From an uncultured Armatimonadetes bacterium (GTDB lineage Bacteria > Armatimonadota > UBA5829 > DTJY01), in assembly GCA_963717145.1 (NCBI GenBank), contig OY970325.1, forward strand, positions 3,104,001-3,168,000: a stretch of DNA of 64,000 nt, read 5' to 3'. The stretch's first letter is position 1; every line of letters begins with the position of its first letter. A model generated the notes under the pieces. It had not been told where the DNA came from. It saw only the letters and a list, made by a program, of their open reading frames with translations, and did no database searches. The translations under genes and the position numbers were made by a program. Of the stretch, positions 34,875 to 45,500 are shown piece after piece.

Positions 34875-37775
34875 TCACTCCCAGGAGATGTCGTATCCGG
34901 CGAGGGACGGCAAGAGGTGCTTCTCGCGGGAGAGGAGGAACGAACGGACCTCCATCTTCGCTGCGTCTGATGGCACGGAGAGGGATATCGGGCCGGAGGG
35001 GCGAGGGGTGAATGCCGGGTCGAAAGCGGATTCCTCGAGCTGGGGGTCGTCGAAGGTGGCGCGCATCGAGCCGGCCAACTGCTGCCCATCGTAGCAGATG
35101 TGCGAGGCGACGAGCATGAACCGCGCGTACTTCGACCCCTCGGGCGCATGCATCGCCGCTCCGGCCGGACGATCGAGCGTCGGGCGGAATGCCATCACCT
35201 TGCAGTAGTCGAGGAACTTCATGTCCTTGTCATAGAACTCGAGGTAGGCCGACATCCATGCGTGGTGCGTCTTGTCGTAGCTCGCGGGCACGTCGTTCTG
35301 CATGGCGATCCGGAAGGCATAGAGCTTGCCGGCCTTGACCTCGATCGGCTTCTTCTGGGTCGCAGTGACGATTTTCATCGGCTCGGGCTTCAATGTGAGA
35401 GTGCCTGAGGACTCCGCCGGACCCGAGACCTCCCACCTGTCGAGGCTCTCGAAGTCCTCACGGAAGACCGGGCGCTTGCTGCCGGAGAAGACGCTCCCGA
35501 GCCGGACCTCGTAGTTCGCGGCCCGCGCCTGGCCTTGGGCCGAGATCATGCGGATCGGGTAGAGGTTGAGGAATGTCGTCTGCGGGAGCGATCGGAAGCT
35601 GAGCGCCCGCCAGCGCCACTCGCTCCGACCTGAGGGCTGGTGGAAATCGTCGTCGCCGAGGAGGACGTATTTGTTCACCCGATTGCCCTCCAGATCGAAC
35701 TCGTGGAACCTTGCCATGACACCCATAGAGGTCCGATCGCCGAGGTCGTACCTCGTCCAGCCGCAGACGGTGAGGTCGGTGTCCGGCGGCACGAGGTCGA
35801 GGCGCATCGCCGCACAGTCCTGGCCGTCGGATGTGCCGCGCGTGAGCCTGAGCGACTGAACCGCCCCGATCGGATGTTCGATTCTGTCCACGAACCGGCC
35901 ACTCTCCGACGTCTTGCCATGCCAGTAGTCGCCGACGGGCGGCTGCCAGTCAGAGACCGAGGTATCGGCGTGCATCGTGTTGCCGCTCTCCCGCAGATGC
36001 ATCACACTCGCCCAGTCGGGGATGCCGTCGCCGTCCGAGTCGGCCATATCGCCGCCCATGAGCAGGTTTCGTGGTTGCCAGTCGGTCCAGCGGCCGTCCT
36101 TGAGTTGGAAGCGTGCCTGGGTGATGATGTCGGTCGCGAGCACGGGCCACATGCGGCACTTCTCATCTCCCTCGGGCGTCTTCGGGGCGACCAAGCTGAT
36201 CGTCACCCGCTTCCTGCCCTTGGGAACATCGAGCAATTCGCACCGCGAACCCTCACCCCCGGCCCCTCTCCCTTCAGAAGGGAGAGGGGAGACGCAACCC
36301 CCCTCTCCCTTCTGAAGGGAGAGGGGTCGGGGGTGAGGGTTCGCGCTCCTGCAAAGTTCCTGCAACTCGGTCGGGAGGTCTTTCCACCCCATCGGCTTGG
36401 TGGAGAAGAGAGAGACAAATACCGACTTGTTCGCCTTGTCGCGCAGGATGATGCTGTGGAGGATGTCGGTCCGCGGGTTGTCGGGCGCGTCACAGAGGAT
36501 GACATCTCGGTCGGAGGCGCCTCGGAAGAGCCCATGGACCGTCCCGCCCTCCAGCTTCCACGTCGCGCGCCAGTCCTTCGAGCCGTCGCCCTTTCGCAGG
36601 TTGCTCAGGAATGAGTAGCTCGGCTGCGTAAACTGCATATCGGCGGGCGCATTCGCCAAACCGGTGGCAAAGTCACCTCGACCGTGCCAGACCCAGTCGT
36701 ATGTGTGCTCAACATCACTCTCCACCTCATAGATGTCGAGCAGCCAGTTGTCTGAGAGGGCGACCGTCCGCCTCAGGGTCACCCCATCATAGGCGGTATC
36801 CACCGATGCCGTCGCGGTGTGATAGTCGCCGGTGAAATCCTTCGATTCGAGCTTCCCCTCGCACTCCTTCTGGGGCGTTTCATCGACGACGACCGTGTTG
36901 TGCGAGAGCGTCATCTTGTACCACTCCCGATGGATCGGCAGATTGTATGGCCAGCCGCGACCGGGATCAGGCGCGACGGTCCGGCCAAAGGTGAAGTAGT
37001 TCACCGCGAGCTTGTCCCGATGCCCATGCCCCCCGCCGTGAGGGCCGAAATCGAGAGAGACGAACTGACCGCCCCGGCGCAGGAACGCCAGTCCGCTGGC
37101 ATCCATCACGGCGCTCGACAGGGCGTTCGGATGCCGCTTCGGATTCTCCAGGCCGACGAAAAGCGCTTCATACCCCGCTCGCTTGCTCAACTTGGCAATG
37201 AAGTCCTCGAAGATCGGATCGCCGTATCGGCCCGCCGCGATCTCGCAGTGCATCGTACTCGGCCCCTGCTCCATCCCGTCGTTGGTCGCGGGCGACTTCC
37301 CGTTGGGCATGAGGCACTTGAACGGCGCTTCGAACATCTTCTTCAGCTCGGGGGTCTTATACAGATCGATCCCCGAGTGCCAGGCGGCCTCGGCAATCTT
37401 CACCATCGCCGACAGCGTATAGGCGTGGTAGGACCACGAGCCCTCGTACCATGCGCCGTCGGAGAGCACGCTGTTCTCCATCTGGTAGTAGAACCCGCCG
37501 TCGCCGTTCAGCACCTTGTCGAGCAGCTTCTCGTCCCTGAGGCAGAGGGCGACGGAGATCAGACCGGCGTTGTGCCAAGTCTGCCAGTTGCTCTTGCCTG
37601 CCTTGTACCGCTCGACGGTCGCCGCCAACTTCCGGAGCAGGCTCTCAGCCTTCGCGCGCTCCTCAGGCGTCCCGACATCCGCGCCGAGGACGAGATCGTA
37701 TGCCCATGCGATGTCGATCAGCCAGATCGCCTCGTTCAGCGTCTGATCGGATATCTTCGCGGCCGATGGGCCCTG
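34875..37775 (-). CDS. Heparinase II/III-like polysaccharide lyase with C-terminal carbohydrate-binding-like domains (main frame)
   Basis: QTLNEAIW, SNWQTWHN, DGAWYEGSWSYHAY, FGPHGGGHGHRDKL, TLSHNTVVVD. Confidence 0.82.
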   Translation of the reverse strand, partial: QGPSAAKISDQTLNEAIWLIDIAWAYDLVLGADVGTPEERAKAESLLRKLAATVERYKAGKSNWQTWHNAGLISVALCLRDEKLLDKVLNGDGGFYYQMENSVLSDGAWYEGSWSYHAYTLSAMVKIAEAAWHSGIDLYKTPELKKMFEAPFKCLMPNGKSPATNDGMEQGPSTMHCEIAAGRYGDPIFEDFIAKLSKRAGYEALFVGLENPKRHPNALSSAVMDASGLAFLRRGGQFVSLDFGPHGGGHGHRDKLAVNYFTFGRTVAPDPGRGWPYNLPIHREWYKMTLSHNTVVVDETPQKECEGKLESKDFTGDYHTATASVDTAYDGVTLRRTVALSDNWLLDIYEVESDVEHTYDWVWHGRGDFATGLANAPADMQFTQPSYSFLSNLRKGDGSKDWRATWKLEGGTVHGLFRGASDRDVILCDAPDNPRTDILHSIILRDKANKSVFVSLFSTKPMGWKDLPTELQELCRSANPHPRPLSLQKGEGGCVSPLPSEGRGAGGEGSRCELLDVPKGRKRVTISLVAPKTPEGDEKCRMWPVLATDIITQARFQLKDGRWTDWQPRNLLMGGDMADSDGDGIPDWASVMHLRESGNTMHADTSVSDWQPPVGDYWHGKTSESGRFVDRIEHPIGAVQSLRLTRGTSDGQDCAAMRLDLVPPDTDLTVCGWTRYDLGDRTSMGVMARFHEFDLEGNRVNKYVLLGDDDFHQPSGRSEWRWRALSFRSLPQTTFLNLYPIRMISAQGQARAANYEVRLGSVFSGSKRPVFREDFESLDRWEVSGPAESSGTLTLKPEPMKIVTATQKKPIEVKAGKLYAFRIAMQNDVPASYDKTHHAWMSAYLEFYDKDMKFLDYCKVMAFRPTLDRPAGAAMHAPEGSKYARFMLVASHICYDGQQLAGSMRATFDDPQLEESAFDPAFTPRPSGPISLSVPSDAAKMEVRSFLLSREKHLLPSLAGYDISWE
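36244..36345. repeat. 102-bp palindromic element (CCCTCACCCCC...CCCTCTCCC.TCAGAAGGGAGAGGGG) in-frame in the lyase gene
   Basis: Terminal IR CGCGAACCCTCACCCCC/GGGGGTGAGGGTTCGCG plus two internal hairpins. Confidence 0.85.
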
Positions 37776-38293
37776 CCCCCGCGGGTATCGAGCAGTGGAT
37801 AGCTGTCATAGATCTCCGCATAGGCGAGCAGGATATCGAGCGACTTGCGGGCGTATGCCTTGTTGCCGAAGAAAAGGGCCGCGAGTCCGAGGCTGCGCGC
37901 CGCCGATGCAAGCCCATCGTGCTGGCCGCCGTATGCACGGGCATCGTAGGGCAGGCCGGAGTAGACCTTCTTGCACTTCGGGCACTTATGCCGAGTCGGT
38001 GACAGCATTTCGAGCGGCTCGATGCAGGCCGGGCACACGTATGTGACCGAATGCCGGCCGGTCGACGGCGGCAACTCGATCTTGTGGTCGAGCCACTTGT
38101 CGGCCTGCGCCTTCAGGGCATCGAGCATCGCCTTCGCCCAGTCGAGCCGCTCGGCCTTTGCCTCGATGCCGGGCACCTCCGACCGCTCGATGAAGAGGTA
38201 GGGATGCTCCTTCCACGTGGGCTTGATGACATCGGCACAGGCCACCGAGGTCACTGCGAGCAGGATGATGCAGATGATGCGTGTGAAATCCAT
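37736..38293 (-). CDS. N-terminal part of the lyase (signal peptide, CPAC...CPKC); frameshift in the G5 run at 37776-37780
   Basis: AAGGAG RBS; MDFTRIICIILL; adding one G joins DTRGG to QGPSAAKISDQTLNE. Confidence 0.8.
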   Translation of the reverse strand: MDFTRIICIILLAVTSVACADVIKPTWKEHPYLFIERSEVPGIEAKAERLDWAKAMLDALKAQADKWLDHKIELPPSTGRHSVTYVCPACIEPLEMLSPTRHKCPKCKKVYSGLPYDARAYGGQHDGLASAARSLGLAALFFGNKAYARKSLDILLAYAEIYDSYPLLDTRGGRAHRPRRYPIRR

Positions 38294-38304
38294 GGTACTC
38301 CTTC

Positions 38305-38380
38305 GAATGGTTGATAGTTGATGGGGAATGGCTGATGGGGGATTGGTCCGCCATTGACCATGAACCATCAACCATTCCCC
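38305..38380. repeat. Inverted heptamer array (ATGGTTG)n...(CCATCAA)n
   Basis: Same family as the ilvB in-frame insert (2690-2740) and 39573-39617. Confidence 0.8.
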
Positions 38381-38381
38381 C

Positions 38382-39521
38382 TCATCTCTCCTCCGCCAGG
38401 GTCTCCACCATCGCGAAGAAGTTCTCCTCCGGGGTCGGCGGGACGATCAGGTTCGATACGCCGACGAGGATGCCGCCGTACTCCCTCGCGGCCTCGAGGC
38501 AGGCCCGCGTCTCGGCGATGACCTCTTCCTTCGTGCCCCTGTGCAGGACGTAGGAGCTGATGTTCCCGAGCAGCGTGAGATGCGGATATGTCTCCCTCAG
38601 CCGCCTCAGGTCCATTCCCGCGCGGCTGTCTATCTCGTAGAAGCCGTCGACCGCCGGGAAGAGATCGTCCGCGATCGGCCAGAGATTCCCATCGCTCGCG
38701 AAGCAGTGGCACTTCCCGAGCGCCCGGCATGCGTCCGTGAGCCGCTGGAAGCCGGGCGCCATCACCTCGCGGAAGAACTTCGGCGAGTAGATCGGTCCGT
38801 CCTGCGAGGCCATGTCGCCGCCTCCGAGCATGGCATGGACGTTCACGCCGGCATAGGAGTTGATCCGCTTGATCGTGTACTCGGTCTGTACCTCGACGTA
38901 GCGCTTGACCAGGTCCGGGCGGAGGGCGATCATCTCGAACCACTCGGTCGTGCGGTTGGGGATGCCGAGACCCGCGCCCTGCATCGCAACCGCGCGGTTG
39001 CCCTCGAAGTGCTTTGCCATATCCTCGATCGTTCGATGGCCGTCGTCCACCGGATCGTAATCGTCGAGCCGCTCCCACATGCGGCCGATCTGCGCATCGA
39101 GGCCCTCCTCGGTCAGCAGGGCCCTCGGGGAGTGGTCGACGGTCTGGTAAAGCTCCGTGTCCGGGTCATACCGCATCACCTTCCACGTGGCATCCCGGCT
39201 GCCGTACATGAATGTGTTGTCGTCAATGCGGGCGGTCGGCTTCTCGTTCAGTCGCCAGTAGCCAGGGCGAACGAGGTCGCAGTCGAGCGCATCCGCGATA
39301 GCGATCGTGTCCTGCCGGGTGCGCGCGAGGAACTCCTTGTGGGCATCCTCACCGGTCCAGAGTGCGACTGCCTCCCGGTACTGCTGGATCGCCCCGCCGA
39401 CGTGCGCGTCACGTCCGAGGAGCAGGGACGCCGTGCGCGAGCAGATCGATGCATGATAGACCGGGACGCGGTCGGTCGGCTTCTTCTCTATGGTTGCGAG
39501 CACGCGCTCGTAGGGTGTCAT
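38382..39521 (-). CDS. Uroporphyrinogen decarboxylase-family protein
   Basis: MTPYERVLATIEKKPTDRVPV; GGDMASQDGPIYSP; ASDGN; LLGNIS. Confidence 0.8.
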   Translation of the reverse strand: MTPYERVLATIEKKPTDRVPVYHASICSRTASLLLGRDAHVGGAIQQYREAVALWTGEDAHKEFLARTRQDTIAIADALDCDLVRPGYWRLNEKPTARIDDNTFMYGSRDATWKVMRYDPDTELYQTVDHSPRALLTEEGLDAQIGRMWERLDDYDPVDDGHRTIEDMAKHFEGNRAVAMQGAGLGIPNRTTEWFEMIALRPDLVKRYVEVQTEYTIKRINSYAGVNVHAMLGGGDMASQDGPIYSPKFFREVMAPGFQRLTDACRALGKCHCFASDGNLWPIADDLFPAVDGFYEIDSRAGMDLRRLRETYPHLTLLGNISSYVLHRGTKEEVIAETRACLEAAREYGGILVGVSNLIVPPTPEENFFAMVETLAEER

Positions 39522-39594
39522 GGGCAGGGCCCTCCACTATTCCTATACGCCGTGGAAGCACGCGTCCCCTCCAAGGGTGATGATTGCCTGCCCA

Positions 39595-40827
39595 TCAATC
39601 ATCGACCATCAACCCTTCCCGATTCTCGTAGACCTTCGACACGCCCGCCGCGAAGTCGTCCATGTCGGCCTTCGATCCGAGGAGGAACGGGTGGTGGAAA
39701 GCGACGCACTCCTCGCGCCAGGCCTTCTCGCAGACCGGCAGCGCGAACCGGCTCGGGTCGATCGCCTGCCAGTACTCTTCGCTCCAGTGGTGGCGCTTCT
39801 TCGTCTGCGGGTTGTAGAGGGTCGCGCGGCTGAGCGGCTCGAAGATGATCCAGGGCCCGAGGTTGATCTCAGCCGAGAGCGCGTTCATGAACGCCGACCG
39901 CGGCGCACCGAAGACCACTGGATCGTAGCGGAAGACGAACGAGAAGTAGGCCTGACGCGTGATCTGCGGATGGCGTTTCATCGGCTTGATGCCGGGGATC
40001 TGCGCAAGAAGTGAGTTCAGGTACTGAGCATTCACATCCCGCAGGTTCGTCTGGTCCTCCAGCCGCTCGATCTGGGCCAGCAGCACGGCCGCCTGGAACT
40101 CGGTCATGCGGTAGTTGCCGCTCTGGATCGGCGACTTCTCGCCCTCCCGAGGCCGTCCGCAGTGCCTGAGCGCGGAGAGCCTGTCAAACAGATCGTCGTC
40201 GTTCGTAGTGACCACGCCGCCCTCGCCCGAGGTGATCACCTTGCTGTGCTGCATGCTGAACGACCCAATGTCTCCGATCGCCCCCGCGCCCATCTCCCGC
40301 CACCGCGACCCATGCGACTGCGCGCAGTCCTCGATGACGCCCAGGCCGTGCTTCCGGGCGATCTCCATGATGCGGTCCATATCCGCCATGCACCCGTAAA
40401 GGTGTACGGGGATGATAGCGCGGGTACCAGAGGAGATCGCCGCCTCGACGAGCGCGGGATCGATACAGTAGGTTTCGGGGTCGACATCGACGATGATCGG
40501 AATAGCGTTCACGTCGAGGCACGCGGCGGCGGTCGCCTGCCATGTGTAGCCGGGGACGATTACCTCGTCGCCCGCGCCGATATCGAGCGCCTCGAGTGCG
40601 AGCTGGAGCGTAACCGTGCCGTTCATCAGGCAGACGGCGTACTTCGCGCGGGAGAAAGCGGCGAACTTCTCGCAGAACTCGGCCTCCTTGGGGCGGTTGG
40701 CGGCGGCCCAATCGCCCGACCGGCATACCTCGAGCAGGAGTTCCTCCTCCCGCTCGTTTCGGATCGGCCAGGTTTGCCAGGGTTTGGTCCTGACCGGCTC
40801 ACCGCCATGGATCGCGAGTTTGGTCAT
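39595..40827 (-). CDS. DegT/DnrJ/EryC1/StrS aminotransferase (BtrR/StsC-like)
   Basis: NGTVTL, PVHLYG, EDCAQSHG, SFSMQHSKVITSGEGG, GNYRMTEFQAA. Confidence 0.9.
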   Translation of the reverse strand: MTKLAIHGGEPVRTKPWQTWPIRNEREEELLLEVCRSGDWAAANRPKEAEFCEKFAAFSRAKYAVCLMNGTVTLQLALEALDIGAGDEVIVPGYTWQATAAACLDVNAIPIIVDVDPETYCIDPALVEAAISSGTRAIIPVHLYGCMADMDRIMEIARKHGLGVIEDCAQSHGSRWREMGAGAIGDIGSFSMQHSKVITSGEGGVVTTNDDDLFDRLSALRHCGRPREGEKSPIQSGNYRMTEFQAAVLLAQIERLEDQTNLRDVNAQYLNSLLAQIPGIKPMKRHPQITRQAYFSFVFRYDPVVFGAPRSAFMNALSAEINLGPWIIFEPLSRATLYNPQTKKRHHWSEEYWQAIDPSRFALPVCEKAWREECVAFHHPFLLGSKADMDDFAAGVSKVYENREGLMVDD

Positions 40828-40882
40828 CGAGTGCTCCCTTTATAAAAAGGTGTTAGGGATCCCAACGCCAACACCTGCCATA

Positions 40883-40980
40883 TGTAGGAGGGATTTGTCG
40901 GGATGGTTTGTGCCCGACAATCCCGATCTGCTCCCATCGGAATTGTCGGGCACAAACCATCCCGACAAATCCCTCCTACA
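40883..40980. repeat. GTAG-type long REP doublet (about 38-bp arms) supplying the AAC(3)-fusion stop
   Basis: TGTAGGAGGGATTTGTCGGGATGGTTTGTGCCCGACAA...TTGTCGGGCACAAACCATCCCGACAAATCCCTCCTACA. Confidence 0.85.
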
Positions 40981-42472
40981 TCCCCCTCAGGAGTTCCCAG
41001 AAGGCTCGGCACGAACGGGCGATGCTCTCCCTCGGCCAGATCACCATCGGGCCGCCGAAGCTCCTGCATCGCAGGATCGAGATCAACTCCTTGATCTCGC
41101 CATTCCCGAATCCGGGCTCGGCCGGTTCTCCCTCGAACCGGCCGTCCTTGATGTAGAGCTGGCCGATCAGTCCCTTCGAGATGCCGTGAGAGTAGACCCT
41201 AAGGAACGGGTTCTGGCCGACAGCCGCGAACTCCGCCGGATCGAACGCGAGATCGACGCCGAGTTCCTTCAGCAGGCCGGTGGACTCGGCGGTGTTGACT
41301 ATCGACGTACTGCTGTTCCTGACCATGAGCCTCAGGCCGCTCGCCCTGGCCGCCGATGCCACCGTCTCGAGGCGAGCCGTGCCTGCGGTGAGGTCGCCGG
41401 TGGGAGCCGACTTTACCAGCGCGCAAGCACCGACTTGCATGGCAAACTTGATGGCGTCTCCAACGTTCTTGGTCCCGCTGACGTCGACCGCGGTTACCGA
41501 CAGGCTCGAATCCAGCACCGCCCTGGCCGATCGCTCCAGACCGTAACTGATCAGCTCCCGAAGCAACTCCGGGCCGATCTCTATGCCGGTGATGCCGAAG
41601 CCCCACAACTCGTGCTGAAGCGCATCGAAGTCGGCGGGCTCATCTAACCGCACGGAGAGTGTGAAATCCTCGGCGGCCAACTCCTTCCGTCGGATCGTGC
41701 CTCGCTGCCGAACGCAGTCGGCGCAGGCGGGATTCTCACAGAGCACGGCGGCGGGATCGTGCTTCAGGGCATCGACGGCGACTCGGACCGTGCCCGCAGC
41801 ATCCATCAGCCGGCAGATGGCCTTCCCGATCCTGCCGGTCCGCATGACGCCCGCTTCCCGAAACAGCGGATCGAGGCCGATGAAGTCCCGATGCGGGCCG
41901 GGAAACCGCTGGAGGGTGATCTCGTGTACCCGGCCGTCTGAGGGGTCGCGGTATCGGGCGAACCGTGGCGTGAGATATGGGCTGTCGGCGTAGTCCTCTG
42001 CGGTGTGGAGGAGCGTATTGCGGTCCTGATCGACCCCGAGGAGCAGGACCTTCCCGCCCCACTCGATCAACTTGCTGAATGGTGTACCGAGTCCGCAGGC
42101 GGTCGTCGCCCTAACGTGATCGGCGATCAACTCCTCGGCACGCGCTCCGGACGCTGCGATCGGATGCGTCGGGTGGATGCTTCGGACGGTTTCCGGGCGC
42201 TTCCTGAACGTCTCAGTGATCGCGCCCATCTGAGACGGCGACTGATCGACCTCGAACACCTCTCCCGAAGTGATCGAGGGTATGTACAGCGTCGGCATGG
42301 CGATCGTGCCGCCCGGCCCGACGGCCTCGACCAGGGCATCGATGACAGAATCAGCGCCGCCCTCGACTCGTCCGATGCTCGAGAGCGCGCTGTGGACCAT
42401 GAGGATGTCGCCCTCCCGCACGCCGAGTTCCCGCAGCCCGCGAACTATATCATCCTTCCCTATCACTCCCAT
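40976..42472 (-). CDS. AAC(3)-family N-acetyltransferase fused to a sugar-phosphate isomerase/epimerase-like TIM barrel
   Basis: LMVHSALSSIG...GTIAMPT, RSIHPTH, LLLGVDQDRNTLLHTAE; LCENPACADC linker; FDPAEF, LYIKDG, GNGEIKE. Confidence 0.82.
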   Translation of the reverse strand: MGVIGKDDIVRGLRELGVREGDILMVHSALSSIGRVEGGADSVIDALVEAVGPGGTIAMPTLYIPSITSGEVFEVDQSPSQMGAITETFRKRPETVRSIHPTHPIAASGARAEELIADHVRATTACGLGTPFSKLIEWGGKVLLLGVDQDRNTLLHTAEDYADSPYLTPRFARYRDPSDGRVHEITLQRFPGPHRDFIGLDPLFREAGVMRTGRIGKAICRLMDAAGTVRVAVDALKHDPAAVLCENPACADCVRQRGTIRRKELAAEDFTLSVRLDEPADFDALQHELWGFGITGIEIGPELLRELISYGLERSARAVLDSSLSVTAVDVSGTKNVGDAIKFAMQVGACALVKSAPTGDLTAGTARLETVASAARASGLRLMVRNSSTSIVNTAESTGLLKELGVDLAFDPAEFAAVGQNPFLRVYSHGISKGLIGQLYIKDGRFEGEPAEPGFGNGEIKELISILRCRSFGGPMVIWPRESIARSCRAFWELLRGM

Positions 42473-42497
42473 ACTCCCATTCTCCCGCTCCACGGCC

Positions 42498-42555
42498 GTA
42501 GGGGAGGCCTTCTACGGCCTCCCGCACCGGGCGGGCGTTGAAAGCCCGCCCCTAC
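42498..42555. repeat. GTAG-type REP doublet supplying the GH2 stop
   Basis: GTAGGGGAGGCCTTCTACGGCCTCCC...GGGCGGGCGTTGAAAGCCCGCCCCTAC. Confidence 0.75.
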
Positions 42556-45500
42556 GGGACACTCTGGCTCGGCGGAATCAGCCGGAGCCTGATCTCGCCC
42601 TTCAATGTGTCGCCCGGCTTGAGTATCCGCCCGATGCCGTATGCGCCGTCGTACTCCGGTATACCCGTCGCCGAACCGCCGTAGTAATCGAGGACCTTCA
42701 GCGATACCGAGTCCACTCCCACCGTCGCTCGTACATGCTGCGTCCCGTCGGAGACCACCTCGATCCCCGCGCCCGTGGCGTTCGTCAGGCGGGCCGTGTA
42801 TATGTTCCGCTTCGTGCTGCGAAAATCATTGCAGCCGAGGGGATGACCGTCGAGACCGTATGGCCGGTCCCCCGGGGGAACATCCTGCTCGACATCGGGA
42901 TGCGCGACGGCGGTTCCAGTCGGTCGGCCGATGTGGTCTGAGGGATAGTACGACCATTCGGCCCGACGGTCCCATTCGAGCTTGTCGGAACTGAGCGGGA
43001 GTTCGAACTCCAGGCCGACCTCTCGCGAGGCTCTTTCGGGGCCGCTGTATGCAAAGTCGTAGCCGATCGCCACATCGCCCGAGTCGTCCATCGCGACCTG
43101 GAAACCTCCCCTGAAGTCATTCCCGTAGTCGCCCTTCCACTCCACACCGTCGGGATTCGTTTCGACCCCGGTGAACCGCCATCCCGCCGGGCTTACCCCG
43201 GAAGGACTCGCGTTGTCCATCACGTGGAGCGCGGGACCGGAGACGAGGATGACCTCACCGCCTGCGGTGGCCTTCATCAGCCCGCCGGTGTTTCGGTCGA
43301 ACGCGATCTCGCAGCCGCTGCCGACGAGCCGCACCAGGGATGCCCCGCTGAGATACTTCACGGGCTCCTCGATCACACGCGCGGGCCGACCAGACCACTC
43401 CGGCTTGGGGATGTCGCGATCCCTGAACGTCAGGTTACACGCGTCAATCATCTGCTTATCGGCGCTCAGGAATTCGAGCGTGAGGATGTCGTCGGGCCCG
43501 GGTTGACGGACCGGTATGCTGAGTTCGCCCGACGTGCCCTGAGGCACATCGGCATGCACTTCGCCACTCTGCTTGCCCATCCGCCACTTGCAGGCGACAT
43601 CCCTGAGATTCGTGAACGCATATCGGTTCTCGACCTGCACCTGGACCGACTTGCCGGGCATCGGAATGGCAAGCGGACTCTCGGCGATCTGCACCGGTGA
43701 GAAGAGCTTCTTCGTCAGCCACCACTCCGGCCTCGGTCTGCGCCAGCCGTCGATCGTCCCCCAGACGTAGTCGCCGACGATCCCGCGGCCCGGCATCTTG
43801 TAGATTCGATCGGCAAAGGTCATCCTCGGGTGGCCCGCGCGCCAGTAGCGCATGGCCGCACCCGGAACGAGCGCCTGGTCATCTATCCATGCCCAGATCA
43901 TCACGCCCAAGTGGTGGTCGCTGTGGTAGATGGCGTCGCGCGGCTCGGGATGGGCGGTGACCCAGTAGTCGCGCAGGCCGGGATCGAGTTCCAGACCAGC
44001 GTAGAGTCCCCAGCCGTGGAAGTTGGCCATCCCCTCATCATACAGGACCGGCATGTTCAGGTCGGCGGTGTCCTTCATGCGCTGCATACTGGTCGGATTG
44101 TGATAGGTCGCGATCTCGAGGTTCCCGGACTGGCCGGCGCTGCACGGACGAGTCGGGTCGGATCGCTTCACCCAGTCCCAGTTGATGGCGAAGTTGCGCC
44201 CAAAGCCGCTTTCGTTGCAGAGGGACCAGATCGAGACACACGGATGGTTCCGGTCGCGCTCGATCAGTTCGCTCGTCACGCTGATGAAGAACGGCGCGTA
44301 TCGCAGGTCGTTCGCATAGGTCTTCTCCGGGCCGAACATGCCGGTATCAACCCAGATGAACGGCGCTTCATCCTCGACATAGAGGCCCATCTCGTCGGCG
44401 AGATCGGGGACCGAGGGATGCGTGGGGAAGTGAGAGGTACGGATCGCGTTCAGATTGCAGCCCTTGATCAGTTCGAGGTCCTGGCGCACGACATCTTCGG
44501 TGACCGCCCTGCCCATCAGGGGGTGCGCGTCGAGCCGGTTCGTGCCCCAGAATTTCACGGGTTGGCCGTTGACCAGGTACGTCCGGCCTCTGATCTCGAC
44601 TTCCTTGAATCCGAACCGCTGCTCGATCTGTGCCGAGGCCTGACCGGGGACGATCACCTCGGCCGTGATGCGGTAAAGGCGCGGGCTCTCGCAGTTCCAC
44701 TGCTCGGGCGACGTGACTCTCGCCTTGAGAGTGACACGCCGCATCTCCCACGGGCCGAGGGTCACCTTCGCATCGAGCCCGGAGAGCGGGACCTGCTTGC
44801 CGCGCGGATCGATCACCGTGAGCCTGACCTCGGCGTCCTTGATCTCGCGGCTCTGCTCGTTGGAGACGTCCACATCGACCATCAGGTCGGCGTCGCGGTA
44901 GTGCTCATCGAAGTCCGTACTCAGGGCGAGCCGGGAAATGTGCGCGGGCTCGACGCAGAAGATCTCGATCGGCCGCCAAATACCTGCGAGATTCCAATAG
45001 GCGTAGAAGCTCATCCGGTCGAGATCATTGGCGAATGAGTGATCGTGCACCAGAATCTCGAACTCGTTCTCCTTGCCCGGCCTCGCGGCGTCGGTGAGAT
45101 CGAGTTCAAAACCGGTCGCGCCCACGTGACCCCCGACCTTCTGACCATTCATCCAGATCTCCGCCTGGCTGTATATCCCGTGGGCCCTCAGCTTGATCCG
45201 CTTGCCGGCCCAATCAGCCGGGATCGTCACCTTCCTCCGGTACGCCGCGCGGCCCGATTCGGCGATGAATCCCTTCATCTCCCAGTGTGACGGCGTCTCG
45301 ATGGCGTGCCAGTCGACGCCGGACTGATCCGATGGGAATCCCTCGGGCGGATCGACCGCGAAGTCCCATTTCCCATCGAGGGAGATGCGGCGCGAGCCGG
45401 CCTTGGGACACGGGGTCAGCCGCTTGGAGATCTCGTCGGCCTCGACTCGGGCGCGGCCGCTTCCGGCGGGCGAGTCAGCTTCGATGTCGAGTGATCCGGC

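Noticed and set aside
34664-35149. N-terminal extension of the Gfo/Idh/MocA ORF
   Set aside because: Overlaps the lyase 3' end and REP repeats; the RBS-backed start is MADNVS at 34663.
40976-42472. Clinical aminoglycoside resistance gene
   Set aside because: Only family-level AAC(3) motifs, fused to another domain in a metabolic cluster; resistance is unsupported.
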